Shown here one piece after another: positions 1 through 10,162 of a stretch of 64,000 nucleotides of DNA; positions within the stretch are counted from its first letter, which is position 1; each line of letters opens with the position of its first letter. Where the stretch lies: contig JBIPSI010000024.1 of assembly GCA_044070495.1 (NCBI GenBank), positions 19,840 to 83,839 of the forward strand, given 5' to 3'. The position numbers and the translations under genes were made by a program. Origin of the DNA: Spirulina sp. Its GTDB lineage: Bacteria > Cyanobacteriota > Cyanobacteriia > Phormidesmidales > Phormidesmidaceae. Under the pieces are notes generated by a model that did no database searches, was not told where the DNA came from, and worked only from the letters and a program-made list of their open reading frames with translations.

Positions 1-3000
1 TCAATGGCTCCACTTCGGCGCAGTTCTTCTATCGCTTTGATATCGTTGGCTTGATGTTCTGGTGGGGTGAGGGTGGTCCAATTAATCGCCTGGGTCTCTA
101 GTTCGGTACGGGTGTAGCCGAGCAAGGTTAGGAATCGATCATTGGCATCGAAGATCTGGCCGCTAAAATCGGTAAACATCATACCGACGATGTTCGAGGA
201 AAAGACCCGGCGAAATCGATTTTCGCTGGCTAGCAGATCCTGTTCGGCCTGTTTGCGATCCGTATTATCGTAGCTAATCCCCACAATCCGCAGCGGGTTG
301 CCCTCTGTGTCGTATTGGGTGCTCGTAATGGATCGCAGCCAGCGCAGTTCACCGTCGGGTCGCACAATGCGAAACTCAACGTTGAAGGTGACCTTATCCT
401 GCACAGCCGCCTGTAACTGCGCCTCTACCGCGTCGAGATCATCGGGGTGAACCTGATCACGCCAGTCTTGGTAGGTGACAGGTCGATCTAGGTCTTGTAG
501 ACCATAGATCTCATACATTCGTTCATCCCAGATGGCGTCGTGCACCAAATCCCAATCCCAGATTCCGTAATCTCCCGCTTCTAGCGCTAGGGTGAGGCGA
601 CTGGTCAGATCACGTAGCTCAATTTCAGCCTGTTTGCGATCCGTAACGTCAAATTGGATAGACAGATAGCGCTCCGGTCGGCCCTGGCTACCGAGGAAGG
701 GCACCATGGTGCTGTCAACCCAGTACGGGGTGCCATCTTTGGCCCGATTGCAGATTTCACCCCGCCACACCTGGCCACTGGCGATGGTGCGCCATAAATC
801 TCTGAAATAGTAGGGTGAATGGTGCCTCGAGTTTACGAGTCGATGGGTCTTGCCGATTAGTTCTTGGCGGGAGTAGCCCGACACGGTGCAGAATTTATCG
901 TTGACATCGATAATTACCCCCTGGGCATCGGTAACGGACACAATGGCCGATGCGTCGAGGGCCAACTTAAAGCCAGCCAACTCCTGGAGTAATTGCTGGT
1001 TACGGGCTTCAATTTGTTTCCGATCACCAAGGTCTTCGCACACGCAAATCATGAGGCCATTCTCCGCCAGCGTGAGCGATAGCCCTTCATCGAAGGTGGT
1101 GCCGTCCTGGCGCGTCGCGATAACTTCCCCGACCCAGGCTCCGTCACGCGCCAGGGTGGGCACCACCTCCCGTTCAAATCGAGCCTGTTCTTCCGGCCCA
1201 TAGAGGACCGTCCAGGGTTGCCCAATCAGGTCTTCGGCCTGGTGGTAGCCAAACAGTTCGAGGTGGGCACGGTTCAGATACACGAAGACGTCGTCTTGCA
1301 GAATGGCAATGCCGTCAACGGCAGCCTCAATGGCGGCCAACTGGCGATTGACCTGGGCTTCGATGTGTTTGCGGTCGGTGATATCGCGGATTACAAACAA
1401 CACATCGTTGGGGCCGCAAGGAGCCACCCGCACCTCCCGCACCAGCTGCGTACCGTCAACCGCTAACGACTGTTCGCTCACCTGGACGGTTTGCGTATTG
1501 AGGGCCTGTTCTATGCGATGCAGGTGAGCTTGGGCAAGATCTGGGGGCAACACGTCTACCATTCTGTGCCCCACCAACGTATCGAGGCCAGCAATTTCTA
1601 GGATGGAGTCAGAGGGGTAGAAGTCTAGATAGACCCCTTCACGGTTGACCCGAAAGACATGATCTGGGAGAGCCGCCAGCATGGCTTGCAGGTGATCGTA
1701 GCTGCTTTGCAGGGCTACTTCCATGGCTTTGCGGTTGGTAATATCAGTAGACATACCGCAGAGGGCGTAGGCTTCCCCCTGATCATCTCGCAGCAAAAAC
1801 TTATTGGAGAGAAAACACCGTTCTTCGCCGTTGATCTGAACGATTTCTTCAAACTGCTGCACCCCACCCTGTTCTAACAGCCGCAGATCGTTAGTCCGCA
1901 GGGTATCGGCAATCTCAGGCGGGAAAAACTCATAGGTAGTTTTGCCAATCACCTCTTCGAGCTGGCAGTTAAAGAGTCTCAGAAATGTTTGATTGACGAA
2001 GATGTATCGTCCTTCCAGATCTTCAACATAGATCTTGGCCGGAGAGTTATTGAGGATGACCCTCACTTCGGTCTGGCTTCTATAAAGATCGGCGGTGCGT
2101 TCTGTAACTTTTTGCTCCAAAGACTGGTTCAAGTCTTGCAGGGCGAGTTCAGCCTGTTTGCGATCATGGATATCTGTCGCCATCCCCAGCCACTGCATCT
2201 CCTGATCGCACTGAACGCAAACGGCTTGAATCAGATGCCAGCGATAGGCTCCATCGCCTCGGCGCATCCGGCACTCGGTTTCATAGGGCATCCCCGTTCG
2301 CACCGACTCCATCCAGCCATCACGCACTCGTTCCGCATCGTCGGGATGGACGGCAGACGGCCAGTCGAAGTTCACGAGCTGCTCCGTGGGCAAGCCGAGA
2401 TACTCGCCCATGCGCGTACTGACATAGACATTACGCCCTGATCCATCCGCGCTCCAAATCAGATGAGGGGCCAGTTCGACGAACAGGCGGTAGCGCTCTT
2501 CGCTATAGCGCAAAGCCTGCTCCACTCGGATGCGGTCAGTGACATCCTGAGCCATCACCAGTTCAGCCCGCCGCCCCTCAAACTCCAGGGTATGGGACAC
2601 AATTTCAACCTGAATCCGCTGACCATCCCGCAGGCAATGCGACCAAACACCGGCGATATCCAGCCCTGAGTCTACCTGGGCAATATTGTCTAGCAGCCGG
2701 GGCACCTCTTCAGGGGGGCGAATATCGGCAATGGTCATGGCTAAAAATTCTGCCCTAGAATAGCCATATTTCGCCACTGCGGCCTCGTTGACCGCTAAAA
2801 ATTGAAGGGTCGCCAGATCGTACACCCACATGGGCTGAGGGTTGCAGTCAAACAGATGACGATAGGTTGCTTCCTGGGCTTTTAAAGTCTCTCGGAACTG
2901 GCAATTTTCCTGGGCAATGCGCTGGCGTTCTTGTTCGATCCGCTGTTCGTTGCGCTGGCGTTCGGCCTCCAATCGTTTTTGATCGCTGATGTCCGTAACG

Positions 3001-3503
3001 TAACCCACCACCTCCTGGGGTTCTCCCTGGGCATTCCGCCGCAGCGTCAGAACGTCGCGAATCCAAACATAGTGGCCGTCTCGATGGCGCACTCGGTAAT
3101 CATGCTGAAGCTTGCCCTGATCAAACACCTGGGGAATGACCGCTAACACACCGGGGGCATCGTCTGGGTGTAGGTGCTGTACCCAAAAGTTTGGTTCCGC
3201 CTGAACGTCGTCGGGGGAGTAGCCCAGAACCACGGCTAGGCTTGGGCTAGCGTAGGTATAGGCGTAGGGAGGGGTGCTCTGGCAAGTATAGGTAACGGCG
3301 GGACTGGTGTTGATAATCCATCGCAGCCGATTGGCCTGATGCTCAAGCTGGGCAATATCTCGCTGCTGTTGATCAAGCTGTCCTTGCAGTTGAGCCTGAA
3401 TTTGACGAGCCGCATCACGTTCAGCAACCAATTGTTGGGATAGCTGCTGAATCTGGCTCTGGGCTTCTTCCAATTGCCGTTGCAGGTGGGAGTCTTTGGG
3501 CAT
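1..3503 (-). CDS. Multi-PAS sensor protein (at least 9 tandem PAS/PAC domains); 5' part only, continues off the left edge; output domain not visible
   Basis: Not in the ORF track because there is no stop in the window. Manual translation from ATG at 3503 gives MPKDSHLQRQLEEAQ..., and the same frame at the window edge reads ...KAIEELRRSGAI. Repeated PAC-end motifs DISDQK, DVTDRI, DIHDRK, DITNRK, DITDRK, DLGDRK, DVTDRK, DNTDRK. Confidence 0.9.
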   Translation of the reverse strand, partial: MPKDSHLQRQLEEAQSQIQQLSQQLVAERDAARQIQAQLQGQLDQQQRDIAQLEHQANRLRWIINTSPAVTYTCQSTPPYAYTYASPSLAVVLGYSPDDVQAEPNFWVQHLHPDDAPGVLAVIPQVFDQGKLQHDYRVRHRDGHYVWIRDVLTLRRNAQGEPQEVVGYVTDISDQKRLEAERQRNEQRIEQERQRIAQENCQFRETLKAQEATYRHLFDCNPQPMWVYDLATLQFLAVNEAAVAKYGYSRAEFLAMTIADIRPPEEVPRLLDNIAQVDSGLDIAGVWSHCLRDGQRIQVEIVSHTLEFEGRRAELVMAQDVTDRIRVEQALRYSEERYRLFVELAPHLIWSADGSGRNVYVSTRMGEYLGLPTEQLVNFDWPSAVHPDDAERVRDGWMESVRTGMPYETECRMRRGDGAYRWHLIQAVCVQCDQEMQWLGMATDIHDRKQAELALQDLNQSLEQKVTERTADLYRSQTEVRVILNNSPAKIYVEDLEGRYIFVNQTFLRLFNCQLEEVIGKTTYEFFPPEIADTLRTNDLRLLEQGGVQQFEEIVQINGEERCFLSNKFLLRDDQGEAYALCGMSTDITNRKAMEVALQSSYDHLQAMLAALPDHVFRVNREGVYLDFYPSDSILEIAGLDTLVGHRMVDVLPPDLAQAHLHRIEQALNTQTVQVSEQSLAVDGTQLVREVRVAPCGPNDVLFVIRDITDRKHIEAQVNRQLAAIEAAVDGIAILQDDVFVYLNRAHLELFGYHQAEDLIGQPWTVLYGPEEQARFEREVVPTLARDGAWVGEVIATRQDGTTFDEGLSLTLAENGLMICVCEDLGDRKQIEARNQQLLQELAGFKLALDASAIVSVTDAQGVIIDVNDKFCTVSGYSRQELIGKTHRLVNSRHHSPYYFRDLWRTIASGQVWRGEICNRAKDGTPYWVDSTMVPFLGSQGRPERYLSIQFDVTDRKQAEIELRDLTSRLTLALEAGDYGIWDWDLVHDAIWDERMYEIYGLQDLDRPVTYQDWRDQVHPDDLDAVEAQLQAAVQDKVTFNVEFRIVRPDGELRWLRSITSTQYDTEGNPLRIVGISYDNTDRKQAEQDLLASENRFRRVFSSNIVGMMFTDFSGQIFDANDRFLTLLGYTRTELETQAINWTTLTPPEHQANDIKAIEELRRSGAI

Positions 3504-3561
3504 GGTATAAGGTTTCCCTTCTGCAAAGTTAACCTATCGCTGTGATTATCTAGCACAAATT

Positions 3562-3650
3562 GCCCTCACCCCTGCCCCTCTCCCCCAGGAGAGGGGTTCT
3601 GAATCCGGCTCCCCTTCTCCCTAGGGAGAAGGGGTTGGGGGATGAGGGCC
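3562..3650. repeat. Palindromic dispersed repeat, CCCTCACCCC..CCCCTCTCCC..GGGAGAGGG..GAGGG family
   Basis: Nested hairpins cccctctcc/ggagagggg and ccccttctccc/gggagaagggg; related copies at 16081, 27895 and 32542. Confidence 0.75.
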
Positions 3651-3679
3651 AGCTTGGATGGTTTACTAATTGGACTACT

Positions 3680-4258
3680 CTAAGACCAGAGAGGACGAAG
3701 ATAGGCCAGACCATAGACAACTATCATCAGGCCGTTGGTGACAATCAATAGCCCTTTGCCCCAACTCGACGACACATTCGACAGCAAAAATGCACTGCCT
3801 GCCAGCACCAGGCACAACTCAATCAAGGCCCCTAGGGTGCCGTAATGATTGCGGTCCCAGTAGGAGACAGGGCTGGTAAACCGCACATCGCTAAACGGGA
3901 AAAAATGGCGGTGGGCATCATCATGGTGCAGGGGTAAATCACAGAGGTGATGCAACACCATGCTGGCAAAAAATAACCCCCAGGCGGTTTGCTTCAAGGA
4001 AACACTGACGGCAATGCCCAACAGCGCCAAGGGCATCGAGTTGCCAATCGCAAAGATATCTTGCCAGGGTTGGCTGTAGTAGGCTTCTCGCCAGATGACG
4101 CTGTCGGGGAGTTTTTGCACCCCCTTGGCCCAGCCGTAGAACACAAAGAGGGCGGCATCGGGAGCAATCGCCCCTAGCAAAATCGGCCAGGTATAGACCC
4201 CCTGATCCGGTCGCCGCAACAGGGCTAAGTTCAGGATCATATGGCTGGGGGTATTCAT
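3680..4258 (-). CDS. Membrane protein, putative metal-dependent hydrolase (YdjM-like)
   Basis: MNTPSH, LGAIAPD and LHHLCDLPLHHDDAHRHFFPF motifs; several hydrophobic segments. Confidence 0.65.
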   Translation of the reverse strand: MNTPSHMILNLALLRRPDQGVYTWPILLGAIAPDAALFVFYGWAKGVQKLPDSVIWREAYYSQPWQDIFAIGNSMPLALLGIAVSVSLKQTAWGLFFASMVLHHLCDLPLHHDDAHRHFFPFSDVRFTSPVSYWDRNHYGTLGALIELCLVLAGSAFLLSNVSSSWGKGLLIVTNGLMIVVYGLAYLRPLWS

Positions 4259-4407
4259 CGCGGTAGCTCCTGAGGGTAGGACGTGCGCATGGGCTGAGCT
4301 TTAGCAGCGGGAAAATTTGGGTCGTTAAGACTGAAACGGTTATATCGCAGCTTCGCCACCTTAGGGCCAACCAGGGAAACCAGGGGCCAGTGCTTGAGAA
4401 CGGCTTA

Positions 4408-4538
4408 GAGGACGTTTGAAAAGCTGAAGCATGTCCCAAGTTATACCGATGAGGTCAGCCTCAGTCGTCAAAAATCCCGTAGATTTGCACCGATCTAGCG
4501 ATCAACCGCACCTGAAGCAACCCTTTTCAAACGCCCTC
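4408..4538. mobile_element. 131-bp MITE, copy 1 (IS5/IS1031-like ends)
   Basis: TIRs GAGGACGTTTGAAAAG and CTTTTCAAACGCCCTC; flanks TTA and TGA; near-identical copy at 63866-63996. Confidence 0.9.
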
Positions 4539-4844
4539 TGAGCAGATTTGCACAGACGTGAGCAGAATCGAGCACATTTGCACGGGCTAAAGCAGCAAAA
4601 TAGTGCCAAATTAGGCGATTTCTAGGGTGCAACCGATGGTAAAAACCGATGTAGTTTTTTTATGGCAAGCAATGCGCGTCTGGCCCACCCCTCCTCAAAA
4701 GGTGTCCCAAGTCATCAACCTTTCATTCGCGATCCATTCCGACGCACTTACCGCATCGAGTTCAAAATACACACGTACTGCTATGCCGCCGACTCGTTTG
4801 GTCAGTCAACTAGTGTCAGTGCTGTCCAGGGGAGGTTAGACGGG

Positions 4845-6545
4845 TTAACTTGGATTAGGGGGTTCTGTAGGGGCCAGGGGTGCCCGTACTAGGTGCCAGG
4901 TGCCTACGGTGGCGATAATGTCGTAGCCCGGCTCGGTGGGAACGGGAAGGGCTTGGCCATTGCCCCAGGCGTATTCTCCGGGGGGAATTTGGCTCCAGTC
5001 GCCGATGGCGGTGCCTAGTTGGGGCGAGTAAAACGTCAACAGAATGGTGTCTCGGTCGCCGCTGGGTTGCAGCAGGTGAACCGGGTTTTGGGCCAGCAGC
5101 GAGGCTAGAGGTTCCGTGGTCAGAGTCGCCTTGAGGCTGGGGTTATAGTTGCCCCACAGCCCCGTACCAAAGGCGGCGGCGATCACCAACCACGGCCCCA
5201 GTAGCCAGCCCCATTGCCAGAGGTTCTGCTGCCCCTGGGAAACCGGATAGCGACGATTCATCGCCAACAGCCAGGGTACCAGCCAGCCCAGCCCTCCCAT
5301 TACCCCAAACCAACCGTAGGGCCGAATTTCCGGCGCGAACAAATCCCCAGGAGCCAAGAGAATCGCCAAACCCGCCGAAAACAGCAGCAGCCCCAGCACC
5401 CCAATCGCCCAACTGAGGCCCACCGCCACCCGATAGCGATGGGGTGCCCGCGACCGATACCAGCGGCCCAGGTATTGCAACCCCACCGCCGCCAGCAGGG
5501 CCACAAAGGGATAAAGTTGCAGCGAATAGTACCAGGTGCGGGTATTAAACAGGCTGAGCAGAATAAACAGCGTGACGGGATACCCCAGCCACAGGGTGCG
5601 GCGGCCTACGCTGGGGTTGCGCCAGAGCAGGCAGGCCCCTAACAGGGCAAAGGCCACCCAGGGAAAGGTGGTGGCCGGAATGTGCCAGAGGTAGTAGGTC
5701 GCTGAGGCCGCAGGGTTAAAGGTGGGTGTGGGGCTTTGGTTCCACTCTTCGGCGAGAAATAGGAGTTTGCCAAAAAGCTGTTGAAAGGGCAGCCAGCCAT
5801 AGCGAGCCGAGCTAGCGCCTAGCCAGAAGGCTGTCGGTGCGATTCCCAGCCCCAGCCCGACGTACAACCCTGGATTTTGTAAATGGCGATGGCCTTTGCG
5901 ACCCCATACCAGGTAGGGCAGCAGGGCGACCATTGGCAGCAGAATCATCACGCTTTTTACTAAAAAGCCCAGGCCCAGCGCTACCCCCGCCAGCCCTCCC
6001 CACCTCCAGCGCCGTTGGGGGTGGGCCTCCGCCTGAAGCAGTCCCCAAATAGCCAGCAACTCCAGGAACACGAGGGGCATATCCTGGGTGGCCAACTTGC
6101 TAGACTGCATCCACAGGGGCATCACCGCCAAAATGGCCGCTCCCCAAAACCCGGTGCTGGGGGGCCACAGGCGTTTGCCAATCTGCCAGGTCAACAAAAT
6201 GGCCCCCAGGGAGAACACCATACTGGGCAGTCGGGCCGACCACTCACTGCGGTCAAACACGACATAGCTGAGGGCGATCAACCAATTGGCCCCAATGGTG
6301 CGGTCAAACAGGGGCGCACCCCACCAGCCCACGGTGATCCAGTCTTGGTTGTCCAAAATCCAGCGGGCTTGCTGGGCGTAGTAGCCCTCGTCGTAGGCCA
6401 TCAGGCTTTGTTGGGGATGGTTGATCACCAGCAACACCCCCGCCCATAGCAACAACCCAATCCAGGGCCGCTGCTGTAAAAGTTGCCCTAACGTTTGCCC
6501 CAAAAGCCGTAGCCTGTTGCCGAAGCGCTGAAGGTACCGTGCCAC
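4845..6545 (-). CDS. ArnT/PMT-family membrane glycosyltransferase
   Basis: MAYDEGYYAQQAR, EWSARLPS and GLGFLVKS motifs; polytopic membrane protein of 566 aa. Confidence 0.85.
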   Translation of the reverse strand: MARYLQRFGNRLRLLGQTLGQLLQQRPWIGLLLWAGVLLVINHPQQSLMAYDEGYYAQQARWILDNQDWITVGWWGAPLFDRTIGANWLIALSYVVFDRSEWSARLPSMVFSLGAILLTWQIGKRLWPPSTGFWGAAILAVMPLWMQSSKLATQDMPLVFLELLAIWGLLQAEAHPQRRWRWGGLAGVALGLGFLVKSVMILLPMVALLPYLVWGRKGHRHLQNPGLYVGLGLGIAPTAFWLGASSARYGWLPFQQLFGKLLFLAEEWNQSPTPTFNPAASATYYLWHIPATTFPWVAFALLGACLLWRNPSVGRRTLWLGYPVTLFILLSLFNTRTWYYSLQLYPFVALLAAVGLQYLGRWYRSRAPHRYRVAVGLSWAIGVLGLLLFSAGLAILLAPGDLFAPEIRPYGWFGVMGGLGWLVPWLLAMNRRYPVSQGQQNLWQWGWLLGPWLVIAAAFGTGLWGNYNPSLKATLTTEPLASLLAQNPVHLLQPSGDRDTILLTFYSPQLGTAIGDWSQIPPGEYAWGNGQALPVPTEPGYDIIATVGTWHLVRAPLAPTEPPNPS

Positions 6546-6661
6546 CCGTGCCCCTACCCTAGAAAAACCTTCGTAGGTTATATCATTCCCTTGGGTGGAT
6601 AGACGCCCGATGGCCGTTCTCCGGGTTGTATTGGGTATCGAATTTTATTGGGTGTCGCGAT

Positions 6662-8872
6662 ATGGATCTGTCCCCCCCGCTGTGGCAGGATGTGGCCTCT
6701 ACTCCGGCCCCGGAGGCATGGCGTAGGGCGGTGCAGGGGGCCGTTGCTCACCAAAATCCGCCGCTACACCTGGCGGGCTGGGCGGCCCAGGTGCTCTGGC
6801 AGCGGCAGATCGTCACCCTAGGGGATATTGACGGTTTTATCGACGAGGACTCCTACACCCCCACCCCCGCCAGCGCCTTTGGAGAACCGATGACCAGGGC
6901 TGTAGCTCGCCTCAGGCAGGCTATCGACACTCAGGAAACCGTCACCATTTGGGGCGACTTTGATGCCGATGGGGTCACCGCCACCGCCGTTTTGTGGGAA
7001 GGGTTGGGGCAAATTTTCGACCAGGGGAAGACTCTGCGCTACTACATTCCCAATCGGCTACGGGAGTCCCATGGTTTATCAAGGGCGGGACTGGATCAGG
7101 TGCGGGAGTGGGGCACGGGGCTGATCGTCACCTGCGACACGGGCAGCACCAACCTTGAGGAAATCGCCTACGCCCAAAGCCTCGGTATGGCGGTGATCAT
7201 CACCGACCACCACACCCTGCCGGAGACGGAACCCGCCGCCGTGGCGCTGATCAACCCCCGCACCTTTCCGGCGGATCATCCCCTGGCCACCCTGTCCGGT
7301 GTGGCGGTGGCCTACAAACTGCTGGAGGGGCTGTACGAAGCCCTGGAAGTCCCGCCAGATTTTCCCCTCGACAACCTCCTGGATCTAGTCGCCATTGGCC
7401 TGATTGCCGACCTGGTAAATTTGACTGGAGACTGCCGCTACCTGGCCCAGCAGGGTCTTAAGCAACTCCAAACCCACCTGCAAGGGAATCCTCCCCGCTT
7501 TCGACCGGGGGTTAAAGAACTGCTGACCCTGTGCAAAAAAACGGGGGATCGGCCCACGGATATTTCCTTTGGGCTGGGGCCGCGCATCAATGCCGTCAGC
7601 CGTATTCATGGCGACGCCAGCTTTTGTGTGGAACTGCTCACCAGCCAAGACGCCGCCCGCTGCCGAACCTTGGCCTACGAGGCCGAACTGGCCAACACTC
7701 GCCGCAAGGGTCTGCAACGGGATCTCTACCGTCAGGTGATGGATCGGGCCGCCGCCATCGATCTGGCCACCACCCACTGCATTATTCTGGCCGATGAACA
7801 ATGGCCCACGGGCATTCTGGGTCTAGTGGCCGGACAGGTGAGCCAAGCCCTCGGGCGGCCCACGTTGCTGCTCACCATCGATCCACCTAACGCAAGCGGA
7901 GAACCCCAATTAGCCAGGGGTTCAGCCCGATCTGTGCCAGGGTTAGACCTGTACGACCTGTTCCAATCCCAGGCGGATTTGCTGAGCAGCTTTGGTGGCC
8001 ATCCCCTCGCCGCTGGGCTAACCCTGCCCGTAGATCGGCTGGCCATGTTCACTACGGCGATGAACCGAGCGGTGCGGGAAAAGCTGGGCAGCGGCATTCC
8101 CCAGGCCCGTTTGACGATTGACCTCACGGTGACCGTGGTGGATTTGGGGCAAGCCCTGTTTCGAGAACTCAAACTGCTGGAACCCTACGGCATGGGCCAC
8201 CCCGTCCCCCGGTTACTGATTCGGAAGGCCTGGTTTGCCAACACCTTCCACCGTAACCTGCGCGATGCCAAGGATAAGGGAGTCGGCTTCATTAAAACCG
8301 AATTTGAGCTGTGGGATGATACCGTCACCGCTGGCTTTCCGGGGGAGTGGTGGGGACATTACAAAGAAGAACTTCCCGAAGGTCGCTGTGATGTGGTGGT
8401 GGAGTTGGATCACAGCCAGCGCCAGAACTACCACGTTAAGCTGGTGGATGTGCGCCCTGCCGTCGAGGATACTGGGGTAATTCAGTCCGATTCAGACCCA
8501 ATTCCTAGCGATCTGCCCCGGTTAGGCGATTCCCCAATTACAACCATCGAATCTCCCATCACGGTCTGGCAAGAATTGGTGGGTATCGCCAAATATCTAG
8601 CCCGCACCCAAACCCCCGTGGAGCGATCCCGTTTGCTGTCTCGCCTGGGGATTTCTGAATTTTCCTTAGATTTGGGCCTCCAAGCCTTGGCGACGGCAGG
8701 GTTTTCCATCACCGCCACCGAGTCACCGACCGATGCCATCCACATCGCCGCCGCTGAGCCAAACTTGGTACCAAGCCCGACCCACCCCGCCGCCCTACAG
8801 CACTTTTTGGAGGCCGTCGCTGAGGAGCAATTCCGTCAGCGCTATCGGCTCCAGCAGGCTAGCGTTTCCTAG
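6662..8872 (+). CDS. recJ: Single-stranded-DNA-specific exonuclease RecJ
   Basis: GDFDADGVTATA, IITDHH, GLIADL, GPRINA, ARGSARS and FGGHPLAAG motifs of the DHH/DHHA1 family. Confidence 0.92.
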   Translation: MDLSPPLWQDVASTPAPEAWRRAVQGAVAHQNPPLHLAGWAAQVLWQRQIVTLGDIDGFIDEDSYTPTPASAFGEPMTRAVARLRQAIDTQETVTIWGDFDADGVTATAVLWEGLGQIFDQGKTLRYYIPNRLRESHGLSRAGLDQVREWGTGLIVTCDTGSTNLEEIAYAQSLGMAVIITDHHTLPETEPAAVALINPRTFPADHPLATLSGVAVAYKLLEGLYEALEVPPDFPLDNLLDLVAIGLIADLVNLTGDCRYLAQQGLKQLQTHLQGNPPRFRPGVKELLTLCKKTGDRPTDISFGLGPRINAVSRIHGDASFCVELLTSQDAARCRTLAYEAELANTRRKGLQRDLYRQVMDRAAAIDLATTHCIILADEQWPTGILGLVAGQVSQALGRPTLLLTIDPPNASGEPQLARGSARSVPGLDLYDLFQSQADLLSSFGGHPLAAGLTLPVDRLAMFTTAMNRAVREKLGSGIPQARLTIDLTVTVVDLGQALFRELKLLEPYGMGHPVPRLLIRKAWFANTFHRNLRDAKDKGVGFIKTEFELWDDTVTAGFPGEWWGHYKEELPEGRCDVVVELDHSQRQNYHVKLVDVRPAVEDTGVIQSDSDPIPSDLPRLGDSPITTIESPITVWQELVGIAKYLARTQTPVERSRLLSRLGISEFSLDLGLQALATAGFSITATESPTDAIHIAAAEPNLVPSPTHPAALQHFLEAVAEEQFRQRYRLQQASVS

Positions 8873-8885
8873 AATGCTGACACAA

Positions 8886-8948
8886 AACCCGGTTTCTACG
8901 CTTGAAAAGACCAAATCGCGCAGGCACATCGAGGAAGAAACCGGGTTT
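8886..8948. repeat. Inverted pair of the AAACCCGGTTTCT/AGAAACCGGGTTT palindromic repeat between convergent genes
   Basis: Perfect 13-bp inverted repeat between recJ and the USP gene; could act as a bidirectional terminator. Confidence 0.65.
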
Positions 8949-8970
8949 ATCTCAATCCTGAACCAATGCT

Positions 8971-9429
8971 CTAGGGACGATCCTCGGCCTCGTCAGCCTT
9001 CACGGGCGACTTCACAACCATTACCGTACAGGGCGCTTCCGCCACCACTTGGCTGCTCACCGACCCCGCTAGAATGCGGTCTACCCCCGTCAGCCCCCGG
9101 CTACCTAGCACAATCAGACTGGCCTGGTGAATATTGGCTAGCCGCAGAATCTCTGTTTCGGCGTCGCCCTGCACAATCTCGAACATCGCCGTGACATCTG
9201 GTAGCTGGGCCGCGCAGGCTTGTAAATGCTGCTCAATTTGGCTGTGGGGAAACTCGTGATCCACAGGCAAAGGCCGAGACACATCTTGCCCCGCCGTATC
9301 CTCGGCGTAGGGCAAAACATGGGCGAAAACCGCCGCAGTTCCATCAGCCAGCTTGAGCTGCTGCACCGCCGCCATCACCTGATGGTCGAACGGTCTATTG
9401 TCTAGCGCAATCAGAACGACATCAAACAC
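8971..9429 (-). CDS. Universal stress protein
   Basis: VLIALD...QGDAETEILRLA...LIVLGSRGLTGVDRILAGSVSSQVVAEAPCTVMVVK; probable GTG start at 9429. Confidence 0.9.
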   Translation of the reverse strand: MFDVVLIALDNRPFDHQVMAAVQQLKLADGTAAVFAHVLPYAEDTAGQDVSRPLPVDHEFPHSQIEQHLQACAAQLPDVTAMFEIVQGDAETEILRLANIHQASLIVLGSRGLTGVDRILAGSVSSQVVAEAPCTVMVVKSPVKADEAEDRP

Positions 9430-9620
9430 AGGCGACCCTGACTTATTGGCAACGATTCCGCAGGTATTGTACGCTAACTCGCACCCCGACACCCTGGCCA
9501 TCCGGCAGAATGGCCCTTTGGGCTATCTCCGTGGCGGATAGGGTGCCTGCCTGAGTGGGGATGTGGGAGTGCTTTAAACCTAGGATTTCCTGAGCCTAGA
9601 CAAGTCCTCAATCTACTACG

Positions 9621-9651
9621 CAAAAAGCAGGGCAAGTGTGTTGCCCTGCTT
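9621..9651 (-). terminator. Rho-independent terminator of rpmF
   Basis: Hairpin AAGCAGGGCAA/TTGCCCTGCTT followed by a T-run on the minus strand. Confidence 0.7.
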
Positions 9652-9697
9652 ACAAGCGCTAGAGTTCCTATAGGTACGGCTGAGCGAAAGGGAAGGT

Positions 9698-9874
9698 CTA
9701 CTCTTCGTCCTCGTCGTCCTCGTCGGAGGGGTAGACAAAGCTGGTGGAACGACCGGTCAACACCGACTTACCCAAAGACATGGCCTTTTGGGCCTGAAGG
9801 GTTGCGGTACGTCTCCAGGTAGCCCGACGTTGGTCGCGCTTTTGTTTGGAGGTTTTCTTCTTGGGAACCGCCAT
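9698..9874 (-). CDS. rpmF: 50S ribosomal protein L32 (58 aa)
   Basis: Manual translation [58 protein letters not shown]; below the ORF-track length cut-off. Confidence 0.95.
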   Translation of the reverse strand: MAVPKKKTSKQKRDQRRATWRRTATLQAQKAMSLGKSVLTGRSTSFVYPSDEDDEDEE

Positions 9875-9981
9875 GGCTGCAATACGCTAAACTTGACAAC
9901 CTTACAAGCATACGACAAAAGACAACCCTTGAACAAGGATTGTTCAAGGGAATCAAGGGTCTGCCGGGGGAACAGTAACCA

Positions 9982-10128
9982 TTGGCGGATTTCCCATGGA
10001 TGAAGTATGTTGCTGTGATCCCCCCTGCCCCCTTAAAAAGGGGGGATAGCGTGAGACTTAGACAACTAGGTACCGGGGGGATCTAGAACTCAGCAGCGAT
10101 GTACCTTACTCCATCGAGAACCACTATA
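9982..10128. repeat. Degenerate TIR-bounded miniature element containing a CCCCCTTAAAAAGGGGG palindrome
   Basis: Right end ccatcgagaaccactata loosely mirrors left end ggcggatttcccatgga; internal gatcccccc...ggggggatc. Confidence 0.45.
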
Positions 10129-10162
10129 AATAGCGTCTAGGGAAATGCGTCTAGGGAAGCGT

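Noticed and set aside
886..3556. Numerous short ORF-track ORFs
   Set aside because: All overlap the long minus-strand multi-PAS gene.
4627..4892. Two small plus-strand ORFs (70 and 76 aa) after the MITE
   Set aside because: No motif or clear RBS, and one overlaps the glycosyltransferase 3' end; cannot be supported.
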